From Cyanophora paradoxa CCMP329 (Eukaryota > Plantae > Glaucophyta), in assembly GCA_004431415.1 (NCBI GenBank), contig QPMI01000042.1, positions 1 to 45,389 of the forward strand: 45,389 bases of DNA, read 5' to 3'. The position numbers and the translations under genes are program-made. This document shows positions 1 through 9,876 of this stretch, piece after piece (the stretch's first letter is position 1; each line of letters starts with the position of its first letter). The notes beneath the pieces were generated by a model, which searched no databases, had not been told where the DNA came from, and saw only the letters and a program-made list of their open reading frames with translations.

Positions 1-15
1 AAGAACAATCAAAAG

Positions 16-1021
16 ATGTCGACTGTGTTTACCCCTGTGTTTTCCTTATCAGCCAGTGCTGTCCACAACGTGCAACACTATATATGATCTAAGTGAGTCA
101 TTCCCTTCGACTGAGACAGCGAAAACCGATTCTTTCAATGAGACCTCCATTCTCAGAGTCAAAGAACTCAGAGCTGACAAGGCTGGAATCGTTAAAGCTA
201 CTGAACTGATCGTATCGAATCGACCCGCAATCTCTTCGGGGCTGGTCACCAAAGAAAATCTATATGAAGGTCAACAGGATTCCAAAACGGCTTTTAATCC
301 GGCTGATAGGAATTCGGCGGCTTTTCAAGTTTACAGTGGTGGGGCATGGATTGGGACTGGACTGAGTGTGAATGGGAGTGCAACAATTACTGGAAGCCTT
401 TCAGCTTCGGGTGGATTCACTGGTTTACTCACAGCAAGTGGTGGGATTAAAACGAATTCTATTGATACTGTGGGGGTGAATGACAATTTTGAGATCAAGA
501 GAGGTGGGGCAAAGATTGCTTCTACTTTCACTGCAACTTCAACAAATTCAACATCAGGGGCTGTTGCTGGGACTTATAATTGGAATGGTCTGACTATCAA
601 TGGAACAAATTCCTATCTTGCTACTCCAAACCATCCACGGTTTTGTGTTGGTTTATCTACAATAGTAGCAAGTCCGAGTTATATTGGAGCTTATGGGCAT
701 GCGTGGATCAACAACGGAAACCATTTGAATTTAACAAATGGAATATTCACTGCTCCTATAACCGGACATTATAGATTCATTCTTACAGGAATATCAGGAG
801 ACAACACTACTTCAACAATAGTTCGTTTAAGAATAAATGATAGTAATACAGTCGCTCTTGCATATACTAATACAGGTGCGTTTATGAATTTATCCATCAA
901 TACTATCTATGGATTAGCTGCCGGGGATACTGTTCGAATATATGTAGTCTCAGGCAAATTAAACGGCAATGCCGTTGATTCTTACACTATGTGGACTGGT
1001 GAATTAATTTCTGCAACATAA
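16..1021 (+). CDS. Virion fibre/spike protein with conserved N-terminal domain and C-terminal C1q-like head (frameshift near 80)
   Basis: ATG at 16 gives MSTVFTPVFSLSASAVHNVQH, matching paralog N-termini, then shifts into ORF 56..1021 (RVKELRADK..GIVKAT, SGGAWIG); C-terminus NNGNHLNLTNGIFTAPITGHYRF...LAAGDTVRIYV...WTGELI fits the gC1q pattern. Confidence 0.75.
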
Positions 1022-1030
1022 AGTAAAAGA

Positions 1031-1294
1031 ATGTCGAACATCTACCAAGTGGTTCTAACTGAGACTGAGAAACTGGGAATGGAATACTGTGCCTACTCTG
1101 TTCAGGATTGGATCGATAATGCGGCTCATAATAGGGCGAGAATCGCGATTGATGAGATTGTGGACAAAGAAGTTAAATCGTGTATTGCTGCTGGAATTCC
1201 GATTCCACTCACAAAGGAAGCGATTGTAGAGCAAGCGTTTAATCGGGGGACTGTTCGAAAGGCAAGCGAAATTCCTGTGAGTGCTCCTATGTGA
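1031..1294 (+). CDS. Small protein resembling phage proteins found next to C1q-type fibre genes
   Basis: Clean 87 aa ORF 9 bp after the fibre stop, preceded by AGTAAAAG; LTETE...QDWIDNAAHNRARIAIDEIV recalled from marine phage hypothetical proteins (memory, not a search). Confidence 0.65.
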   Translation: MSNIYQVVLTETEKLGMEYCAYSVQDWIDNAAHNRARIAIDEIVDKEVKSCIAAGIPIPLTKEAIVEQAFNRGTVRKASEIPVSAPM

Positions 1295-1452
1295 AGAATT
1301 CGAAGAATGAGAGATGGGTTTATTGTTATTTTTCATAGATCATGCATAAGAAAGGCATGTATCTTGCATAGTGGGCGGGGCTTTTTCAATCCTGAGACTG
1401 ATAACAATCATAAAACAAGGTGTTACAAGTGAATTTATAGATTCTCAGTAAG

Positions 1453-1781
1453 GTGTTACAGGTGTTACAGGTCTATCCCAAAGTTTCCTGTCCCCACCCC
1501 CTCCTAGGGCAAAGTTTGGGATGAACCTGTAACACCTGTAACACTGACCTATTTCAGTAAGAACCTATTAAACAACAAAATATCAGTCTTAATATATCAT
1601 AGTAATATCGTTTTCAGTGCGAAACTATTCACTATCACATACTCTCGATGCGCGCGAAATGTTTCATGCAGCACACGATAATTGTTTACGTTGTTACAGG
1701 TGTTACAGGTCTTGCCCAAACTCGGGAACCAAGACCCCACTCCTAGGGCGGACTTTGGATAAACCTGTAACACCTGTAACA
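1453..1781. repeat. Two palindromic iteron-like modules of element A (1453-1544, 1692-1781)
   Basis: TGTTACAGGTGTTACAGG arms inverted against CCTGTAACACCTGTAACA; both spacers contain CTCCTAGGGC. Confidence 0.9.
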
Positions 1782-1945
1782 CTGAATAAGACCAATTAAA
1801 ATACAAAAGAATCAATCATAATATATCATAGATCTACTTTGTTTTATAGAGAGCCGCATACAGAACGTTCCATGCAGCTCATGGTAGTTGTTTTTTGATG
1901 AAACGACGCATGATCGTCGCTTATGCATTGAAAATTCAGAACAAC

Positions 1946-2253
1946 ACACATATACAACGCCCGGTTTTTAGACTGAGGCAAGTTATAATTAAACTAAGTT
2001 GAGTCACACCTATTCTATAATGAAACTCACGATATATATAAGTCTACTCATCGAGAATATAGCTAAACTTCACATAAACTATACATATTTCACATATTTT
2101 ATTAAAAAGAAGCTATAACCCACGATAAAATAAATACATATCACAGATAAAATACACACATATTCACGATAGATATATTATAAATACAGGTTATATACTA
2201 ACGATATCAATTTAAATTAGCCGAGGTCTAAAAACCGGGCGTTGTATATGTGT
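1946..2253. repeat. Terminal AT-rich segment of element A bounded by a perfect 28 bp inverted repeat
   Basis: ACACATATACAACGCCCGGTTTTTAGAC (1946-1973) versus GTCTAAAAACCGGGCGTTGTATATGTGT (2226-2253). Confidence 0.92.
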
Positions 2254-2343
2254 ATGGTTTTCGGTGATAGCGAATCAAATCCGAGTCTGCGTTCTCGCTT
2301 GAACATGCATTCGCAACTGCCATTTCTCGTAGCTGAAATTCAG

Positions 2344-2670
2344 CTAGCTATAGATTGTATAATTATGGTTTCGAAGACAGGCCGGCCCGGCGGCTAGGGC
2401 TTCGGCAACTTCGACAATCAGATCGGAGTCCCCAGCGTCCGCCATCTGTCGGAAGGAATGGGAGGCGGCGACCGCCTTCGCATTCGTTCGAATGAAGTCG
2501 AAGGCGGCGCGCTGGAGGTCCAAGGCTTCCATCTGGCGGGCGGAGACGAGAGCCGAAAGGACGCAATCGACAGTGAGGTGCGCGGACAGACAGCAAATTC
2601 GCGGCCCGCTCAAAGAGGTCCTTCAGCTCGTACTCGTGAGCAGCGCGCAGCAGCTCGATGCAAAAAAATG
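2344..2670 (-). CDS. Host BTB/POZ-BACK (SPOP-like) gene fragment or last exon, one frameshift
   Basis: Joining two frames near 2590 gives ELLRAAHEYELKDLFERAANLLS/AHLTVDCVLSALVSARQMEALDLQRAAFDFIRTNAKAVAASHSFRQM, the BTB C-terminus plus BACK pattern. Confidence 0.7.
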
Positions 2671-3149
2671 AGAGAGGACCTGATTCTGTGGCCCGCACCT
2701 CTTCACCACCCTCACTCCTCCAAACCACCCCAACCCACACACTCCAACGCCTTCCAACCAACACACTCTTCCAATCCTTCGTTACGTCTACCCCACAACC
2801 TATCCAAACCAACCATCAAGCAACCGCTAGGTAATATCCAACGTCTAGACCGATCGATCTTGCAAAAGATATAGCAATGATTTGAGGCGGACCCCCAAAG
2901 CGCCGGTCTCGGAATAATCTTCAACATCATCTAGACGTTAATTGTGTGTATTTCGAATCTAAAAAACAAAGAGGTTTCAAGGGTTATGCTACACGTAATA
3001 CTAAGTTATAACTTATTACTTATGACGCATGCGGACACCCGTAAAAAAACTCAGTTCTCACGGAACGGTCGAGCCAAAAATCCTCGTAGTTTGATTGAGG
3101 TCAGAAAACTTACCTTAGGGTTGTGTTAACGCATATGAGAACACAGTGT

Positions 3150-4450
3150 GGCATAGTCGACGTCGGAAGTCCGACCGTCGGACGGTCGACGTCCGACGTT
3201 GCGACGGGCGACTCCCGGACTCGGGAGTCGTTCAGCGACTCCGGAGTCCGCGTGCGTTACGTTGCTGCACCGTACTACTTTTAGTACGGTACGCCACCGT
3301 ACTACGGTACGCGCCGGCGCGTGGCGCCGCAGTACCGTGGTACTACCGTAGTACCGACTCCGAACTTAGAGTCCGAAGTTCGAGTTCGAACACGGTCTGC
3401 TGCACAATGTACAGCGCACTACAGCCACTGAGCCTGCATGCATATGGCAGAGCGTTTGCCCAGACTCCGCCGCCCAGTGGCCCGGCGGCGGCGGGGCGCC
3501 GGCCGGCGGCCGGCGCCGGCGCCTCTAATATGGCCCGCTATAGCGCTAGGCTAATAATACTGTAGAACTAGAAATATTAACTTAGTAAGTGGGCTGCATA
3601 TTTATAGTACTTAAAAAGTTTTGGGCAATTTCCTAAATATTACACGCCCCCACAGTGCGCTGGAGTAGACTAGAGGCTGTGGCCGGTAATTCACCAAAAC
3701 AAAAAATTTCGTAAATATTTCTCGCCTGCTAAAGCCGAGATTTCTCAGGGGTACTCCTTTCTTCGCCATACAAAAGCCCTGCGAAGACCGACCTACCAAT
3801 AGCTAAAAAAAAGCTTAGGGCCGCGGGGATGAACCGGCATAAGCGAAGACCGACCTACCAATGCTACCATTGCTACCAATAGCTAAAAAAAAGCTTAGGG
3901 CCGCGGCCCGCGGGGCTGAACCGGTATACATGTACTGGCCGCCGGACCGCGGGCCGCGGCCCGGCGGGCCCGCTAGCGCGCGGCCCGGCTGAACCGGTGA
4001 TCATGAAAAGCGGCCGCCGGGCCGCGGCAAGTTCACTAGCCTAGTACCGTAGCTGCCAGGCTGGCCCTGCTAGCCTGGCAGTGGCAACTGGTATAAACCA
4101 ATAGCCTGGCAATAGGCTAGCTATTAATTTGCGATCGCGAGGACGTCGACGTTCCGGGCAACTTCCGGCCCCATTAATATTACACCGAAATCTGACGGAC
4201 GACTCCGAAAGCTAGCGCCCGATAGGCCAGCTTGACGTCATTGAACGGTTAGAAAAAAGCGAATTCGACAAGGCAATTTCGAAAGCAACTTCGTCATGAT
4301 CAGAGATGGTTAATTAGGCCAGCTCCGCGAGGCTCGTCACCTGTTTCTTACCGGCAAAGTCCCCCGGCGACTAGTGTAAAACAAATTACAAAGTGGTCCG
4401 GTTAGACTCCGGTAAGTATATACGTATATATATATACCGGCCAACGCGCG
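3150..4450. repeat. Host low-complexity DNA rich in short palindromes, with an imperfect tandem duplication at ~3782-3930
   Basis: Runs such as GTCGACGTCCGAC, GTACTACGGTAC, CCGGCGCCGG; CGAAGACCGACCTACCAAT...AGCTAAAAAAAAGCTTAGGGCCGCGG occurs twice. Confidence 0.75.
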
Positions 4451-4499
4451 TTCAAGAATTATTAATTGCTGGCAATCCGATATAGGCCAGCGCTAGCTT

Positions 4500-6953
4500 G
4501 ACGACTTCGGAAGCTTTAATATTCGAAAATCGTGAAAATTGTATTTTTCTTTCAGTCAAGTGCCAGTTCGACGACTTTGGAAGCATTAATATTCGAAAAT
4601 CATAACAATTGTTGTGTCAAGTCAAATCAAGTTGACGTGTGGCCAGAGACTCTCTGAGATCGGATTGCAACACAGTGGCCAGAGATCCTTATCATCAATG
4701 CCGGAGATCGAACAATGCCAAATCGTCTTAAACAACTTCCTCTTCATGTGCAGGTGTGCTCATTTGATTGCCGCAAACATGCTAGACCTTTGACATTTGT
4801 TTTGCAATAAATAGATACCAGGAACATTTCAATGCATTCGTGATGATGCAGTGCGGCACCAATGCTCCTTTTGTGTACCGCTATGACGATATGCGTGATT
4901 CCGGAACGGACGGATGCCTCTACCCAGTTGTTCCAACCTTCGCAGCGCTGAATGATTCCTTGTCGCCTAGCGAATTCAGCAATGTACATTTCCTTTTCTT
5001 TGTGCGCCAAGCTTAACGACAGCAAGCTCGATTCGTACGATTTTTTAACTTACTCTATGATCGACTTTCAAAGCTTTCTTAGGCTTACTGTCTGTTGCTC
5101 GATCGCTCAAGCAGTGTGTCCTGATTTCGGCTCCATTTTAAATTTAGTCTGATCCTCCACTTCCAAAGCTTATCTCGAATTTTCGCTGTATGCCATCTTA
5201 TAAAATAAGTGACTTGCACATTCACTTCTGCCTGCTCTTTTAATAATGCCGTCAATAGGTGGGGGGGTGCGGGGGGGCTTGCCCCCCTGCTTGTTACTAT
5301 ATCATCGGAATCTAATTACATACTCGAGTTCAGGTTCTAGCTAGACGCTAATTATTCCCACCGATGACGTAGTCCAAGTTTAGGTTCAGGTGGTTTATCT
5401 TATTTTGTCTTAAAGAGATCTCTATCCAATATTGCTATGTAAAGTTGCGTTTAAAATAATCAAAAAAATTGTGATATATACTTCCAATGGACGTTACCCA
5501 GAATAATGCAGCGACTCGGCGCTTCCGGTCAGCCCGTATTAAAGACCAGATCGAAGCGCTCACGACTTCATTGTACAATCTACGTGTCATACATGGTGCC
5601 TTCAAAAATAAATTGCTAAGAATTACAGCGCAAGGATCGAGAACAAGATATACAACGTTGGAAAAATACGCTTCACTATTGAACGAACTATCTCGACTTC
5701 CTAGACCAACGCGTCCTGTGTCAGGTCGTCGACTAGAGCTAGCGATCGCAGAGGGGCAGGCAGAGATCGTCCGTGGCTTTGCCGAGCTGCCTGAGGTTGA
5801 CGTCGGAGATGATGTTCAAATCAACGACGGGACTACGACTACAGCGCTTGACGGGCGATATGCAGAGTGGAAATATCAGCTACCACGCGGATCAGGACGT
5901 GTAACATCAATGCAAGCCAGATTTGAAAACAACGAACTTTTCAAACAGAATGCTATATCATTCGTAAGCGCCCAGGTAAATCTTGCAGAGACGTCAAGAA
6001 TGGGCATTGCACTACAAATCTCTGGATTGGGTGTCTACAGAAAGCCAGAGACAGATTCTACGATCGCTATCGTTATTGAACATCGTCGTTTCGATCGCAT
6101 CGAACCAGGGACAAGCATTGAGGCGGCCTTGCGTTCACAGCTCGAAGAATTAGACATGATCTCGGAAGAGAAAAGCAGGGATTACTCAGTATTTGACACG
6201 TGGGTGTATCTGGTCTTTAAAACTGTGCGCTATTTCCGAAGGATTGGTGGCCGTGGCCGAGGCTTTGTACTGCCAAAATGGCTCTCAGACAAGCACGCGC
6301 TTATCAATATAAATGCACCGAACAACGAGTGCTTTAAATACGCAGTCCTTTCTGCTCGCAATCCATTGGGCGAAGGTGTTGATTCTCGGCATGCAGGGAA
6401 CTACCGCCAGCACGAGACATCGCTGGACTGCTCAATGCTTACATATCCGACACCGCTTGACTCGAGGATGTTCACCAAATTCGAGCAAGCAAATAACGTC
6501 AAACTCTGCGTTTATACAACTGCTCTAGATAAGCAGGATATCATACCAATCCATATCAGTGCTGCGAGAGACGCAATCCCAATACTGTATGTGCCGGCTG
6601 GGGAGGGAACGATGTTGGGCATTACCTCTGGATTAAGAGCGTCTCACGACTGTTCCGAAAGAACGAATCAAATGCAAAGCACTATTGCTTAGCCTGCCAG
6701 GTCGGTTTTAGCTCAGATCAAGCATTTGAAAATCATCTTAAATATGACCGCTGTCTCGAACGCGATGAACACGCACGAGATGTTCTGCCCAAAAAAGGAG
6801 CTCACATCCAGAAGTTTATTAACTATGAGTACACAATCCGCCAACGTCTGGTCGGATATGCTGATTCAGAGACTATTACAATGCCGATTCCCTGCATTAG
6901 TGGAAAGACCGAAAAAAAAGGTTTGCATGTGATTGCTTCAGTCGGCTGTCTGG
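4500..6953. mobile_element. Remnant of Polinton-like element B (left boundary uncertain), cut by element C
   Basis: pPolB N-terminal half, AT-rich upstream region, ~43 bp direct repeat at ~4500 and ~4570, GC hairpin at 5269-5290. Confidence 0.55.
5487..6953 (+). pseudogene. Protein-primed DNA polymerase B, N-terminal part, frameshifted near 6610 and truncated by element C
   Basis: LPKWLSDKHALININAPNNECFKYAV; after the shift manual translation gives GHYLWIKSVSRLF...HYCLACQVGF...HLKYDRC...RLVGYADSET (Exo I)...HVIASVGCL, ending at the element C terminus. Confidence 0.88.
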
Positions 6954-7476
6954 ACACATAGTAAATGCGGAGTTTTAACCCTCGCTTATCTTAATTGATT
7001 TTGTTGATATATCTCGTATATTCTATTTCAATCAATCGATAATCTGTGTATATCTTATCGAATATTCATTTATTTCGTTTATTTTGTATTCTTTTCGATA
7101 TTTTATCGTAAATTTCTCTTATTTCCGATTAGTCTTACTGAGTCTATCGATAATCTGTATATATTTCCGAATAATATAACTGAATCTCAATTAGATCTTG
7201 CCTCTGGTTAAAACTCCGCATTTTACTATGTGTGATTGGTCTAAAAGTTAATTGATTTAATCGATATTATATTCATGTACTTTCTCGATTAAAATTTAAT
7301 TAAATTTAATTCATTTAATCGGAAATATATCGCTAAACTCGATTAAGATCCATAAATGATTCATTTGTTTATATTAACAAATCGATCTCTTATTGAATTC
7401 AATCGTAATTATACATGAAACTTATATGATTTTATCATTGTTTTGTTGAGTCTAAGGGGGGACCCTTAGAAAATTG

Positions 7477-7578
7477 GGTGTGACAGGTGTGACAGGTGTG
7501 ACAGGTCAATCCCAAGGAAAGTCCTAGTGAGAAATTGATTTTAAAATCCACGGGATAAACCTGTCACACCTGTCACAC
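7477..7578. repeat. Palindromic iteron-like module (GGTGTGACA)x3-spacer-(CCTGTCACA)x2
   Basis: Directly visible; further copies at 24513-24615, 32841-32933 and 33038-33130. Confidence 0.9.
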
Positions 7579-7615
7579 AAACCATATTCAGTAAGGACCT
7601 CATATATTGTGAAAA

Positions 7616-7875
7616 TCTCAGTGTTAGTTGTTGTTAAATCTTTCAGGCAGCATTTATTTGTCAGGCATTAAATCTATCGATTTTCATAAAGTATTTTATT
7701 TTGGCTAAGTCATTGTTTGGATTAACAATGAAATTTCAATTTTATAAAAGTTTTCTAAAAAGGTGCCTGACAATGCCTGACATACTATATTAGTGCCTGA
7801 CAACTATATTATAGTGCCTGACAAACCATATATGGTAATACTATATGTTATAACCTACTTTCTCAGTGTTAGTTG
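7616..7875. repeat. Left-TIR-specific insert with TGCCTGACA repeats, bounded by a 15 bp direct repeat
   Basis: TCTCAGTGTTAGTTG at 7616-7630 and 7861-7875; four TGCCTGACA at ~7764-7823 and inverted TGTCAGGCA at ~7659; absent from the right TIR. Confidence 0.85.
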
Positions 7876-8293
7876 GTGTAGTTGATTCAAATAATGCATT
7901 TTATACTCTGATTCATTGTTATTTCCTGTGAAATTTGAGTCAACTCAACCCACTTAGTCAACCCTTGCATTGAATTCGTAACAAAATCCATATACTATCG
8001 ATTAATATGAGTCAACCTTGAGTCCACTTTAATAATAGGGGGAATCTTGGGGAGATGCTGAGGTTTTAGTGTAAGGAAATCGAATAGTATTCGAAATACT
8101 TGACATTGCTTAATGTAGGGTGCATTCATATTTCGGCTACATCATACAGTAGAATTCTATTGTAACAAAAGCTACTGTAGAAAGAAAATCATTGTATAAA
8201 GCTATTGTAGGAAAGGATATATTATATCCTTTTTTAACGATTGCCATTGTAATAAAAAAGGTAAATTACCCTGTTTATCATTATAGAAACCCA

Positions 8294-8692
8294 TCAAAAC
8301 GGGAATCTATCATGTTTATGTCTCTCAGTCTTCTCAAATGTTAAGAAATTCATTGTTTTATCGATCTCATCTGCAACTGCTTGTGTTTTATGCTGAGCTT
8401 CTTTACCACAACTGAATATATCAATTGCTAACATGCCTTCATTGGAATAACAATGAGCTGTGCAATGGCTTTCATCTAATAGCAGAACCAATGCAAAACC
8501 AGGAGGTGATAGTTTGCCATCAAATATCTCACAATGCTTATGAACAATCCTAATACCTTGTCTCAATACTGCTTGTTCAAGGGTTCCCATAATCCAATTA
8601 CCTAGGAAGCTAACATGCTCATTACCTGTTGCTATAGCTGATTTAGCTTTGTAATCAAGCATAACATGAAAGCCTCTGTATTGAGTCTCCAT
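8294..8692 (-). CDS. speD: Pyruvoyl-dependent S-adenosylmethionine decarboxylase proenzyme (prokaryotic-type SpeD/SpeH family)
   Basis: 132 aa; GFHVMLD, PPGFALVLLLDESHCTAHCYSNEGMLAIDIFSCG with ESH autocleavage site and conserved Cys-Gly. Confidence 0.9.
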   Translation of the reverse strand: METQYRGFHVMLDYKAKSAIATGNEHVSFLGNWIMGTLEQAVLRQGIRIVHKHCEIFDGKLSPPGFALVLLLDESHCTAHCYSNEGMLAIDIFSCGKEAQHKTQAVADEIDKTMNFLTFEKTERHKHDRFPF

Positions 8693-8721
8693 TAAGAATA
8701 CCTTAGAAAAATTAATTAAAC

Positions 8722-8994
8722 CTAATCGAACCTAATGCAAACATCCCTATATTCCACTGTGATTGATGAAGTAGTCCTTTTCCTGTGTGCTTGACTCTTT
8801 CTTTTGTTACAGTCCCTACACCCTGATCCCTTCACATGATTAAATGGATATGTAAGGATCACCTTGTTACACTGCAAACATCTCACAGATACTTTCTCTT
8901 GAGCTTTGATGTAATGTGTCTCACTGTAATCGAATTTATCTTTACCATGAACTGTCATAGCAGCATCAATAAACTTTTTTGTTTTACTATCCAT
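8722..8994 (-). CDS. Zinc-binding DUF723/CapR-like domain protein, no nuclease domain seen
   Basis: FIDAAMTVHGKDKFDYSETHY...KVSVRCLQC...NHVKGSGCRDC matches the HGxkYDYS...GxGCxxC module of phage endonucleases. Confidence 0.75.
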   Translation of the reverse strand: MDSKTKKFIDAAMTVHGKDKFDYSETHYIKAQEKVSVRCLQCNKVILTYPFNHVKGSGCRDCNKRKSQAHRKRTTSSITVEYRDVCIRFD

Positions 8995-9016
8995 ACTCTA
9001 TATATAACCAATATTC

Positions 9017-9853
9017 TTATGGAGCAGTATCCTGCCCAAAAATGGGAAAATATCGATTTGTCCCATAGTATTCAGCATAGGTATTCTGCTTTGCAATAAA
9101 ATCGGTTCTCTCTGCAAACATCACACACTTGTAGATACCAAACTTGGTGGCTCTCACAAGAAACTGATAGTCTTCCAAACCGAAATTGACTCCATGATAA
9201 GCAATTCCGAAATTATCATATGGGGTGATCACTACTGCAAAGTTGGGAGTTCCACCTTCAACTTGGCATACAGCATATACATCTGGCGGAATATCCACAA
9301 CTACCTTGTAGTGGTCACCAATTTCAACAAGAGAGTCTACTACTGCTGTTTGTTCATTTACAACAATGGGGAATATCTTTATAATGTATGGGGCATTCAT
9401 GCTGGGGACATAGGTTCGAATTCTTGTGTTAGGATCAATGGGATTGGGTTGATCATTCACAAATAGAGGCGCTCCAACAGCCCCACCAACCCTAAGACCA
9501 TCACCAATATAAGCTCCCCCCGATTTGCAGTTAATAGCTCCCGACCTAGATTCAAAAGAATAAGTAGAAAGAGGATCTCCATAGCTATCTGGGTCTCCAT
9601 AATGAGCAGAAAAGTTTGCATTGGTAACAAGTAGCTTAGTTGTCTTAACTATTCCATTATTTTTATCACATCTGAGTTCCTGTAATCTCAGTTTATGGGT
9701 GGAACCAAAGGTGTTCATTGTAGGTTGGACCTCTGTCGATTGGAGACCCTCTACATCATCAAAGGTAGCATGCTGTAGAACATGGTTTGCTGGGGCAGCT
9801 AATGATAGCTGTGGTGTTATAATTCGCTCTATTGGTGTGGGTGCCTCTGCCAT
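9017..9853 (-). CDS. Short fibre/virion protein, paralog 1
   Basis: 278 aa; RLQELRCDKNNGIVKTTKLLVTNANF and SGGAYIG shared with 9877-10721 and 16-1021. Confidence 0.7.
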   Translation of the reverse strand: MAEAPTPIERIITPQLSLAAPANHVLQHATFDDVEGLQSTEVQPTMNTFGSTHKLRLQELRCDKNNGIVKTTKLLVTNANFSAHYGDPDSYGDPLSTYSFESRSGAINCKSGGAYIGDGLRVGGAVGAPLFVNDQPNPIDPNTRIRTYVPSMNAPYIIKIFPIVVNEQTAVVDSLVEIGDHYKVVVDIPPDVYAVCQVEGGTPNFAVVITPYDNFGIAYHGVNFGLEDYQFLVRATKFGIYKCVMFAERTDFIAKQNTYAEYYGTNRYFPIFGQDTAP

Positions 9854-9876
9854 TTTACATTAAAGGGATATATCTT

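Larger units (their letters stand above)
1..2253. mobile_element. Right end of endogenous Polinton-like virus A (relative of element C), truncated by window start
   Basis: Carries a fibre gene with the N-terminal domain shared with element C genes at 9017-10721, two GGTGTTACA palindromic modules, and a terminal segment bounded by a 28 bp inverted repeat ending TATGTGT like element C; GC-rich host-type DNA follows. Confidence 0.85.
6954..8059 (+). repeat. Left terminal inverted repeat of element C
   Basis: Reverse complement of 32605-33665 apart from small indels and the iteron-module region. Confidence 0.93.

Noticed and set aside
4744-5196. Minus-strand coiled-coil pseudogene (MAYSENSR*ALEVEDQ...)
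   Set aside because: Four in-frame stops and no recognisable domain; cannot be supported
5261-5290. GC hairpin as a terminator or origin
   Set aside because: Single occurrence with no supporting context; function cannot be assigned
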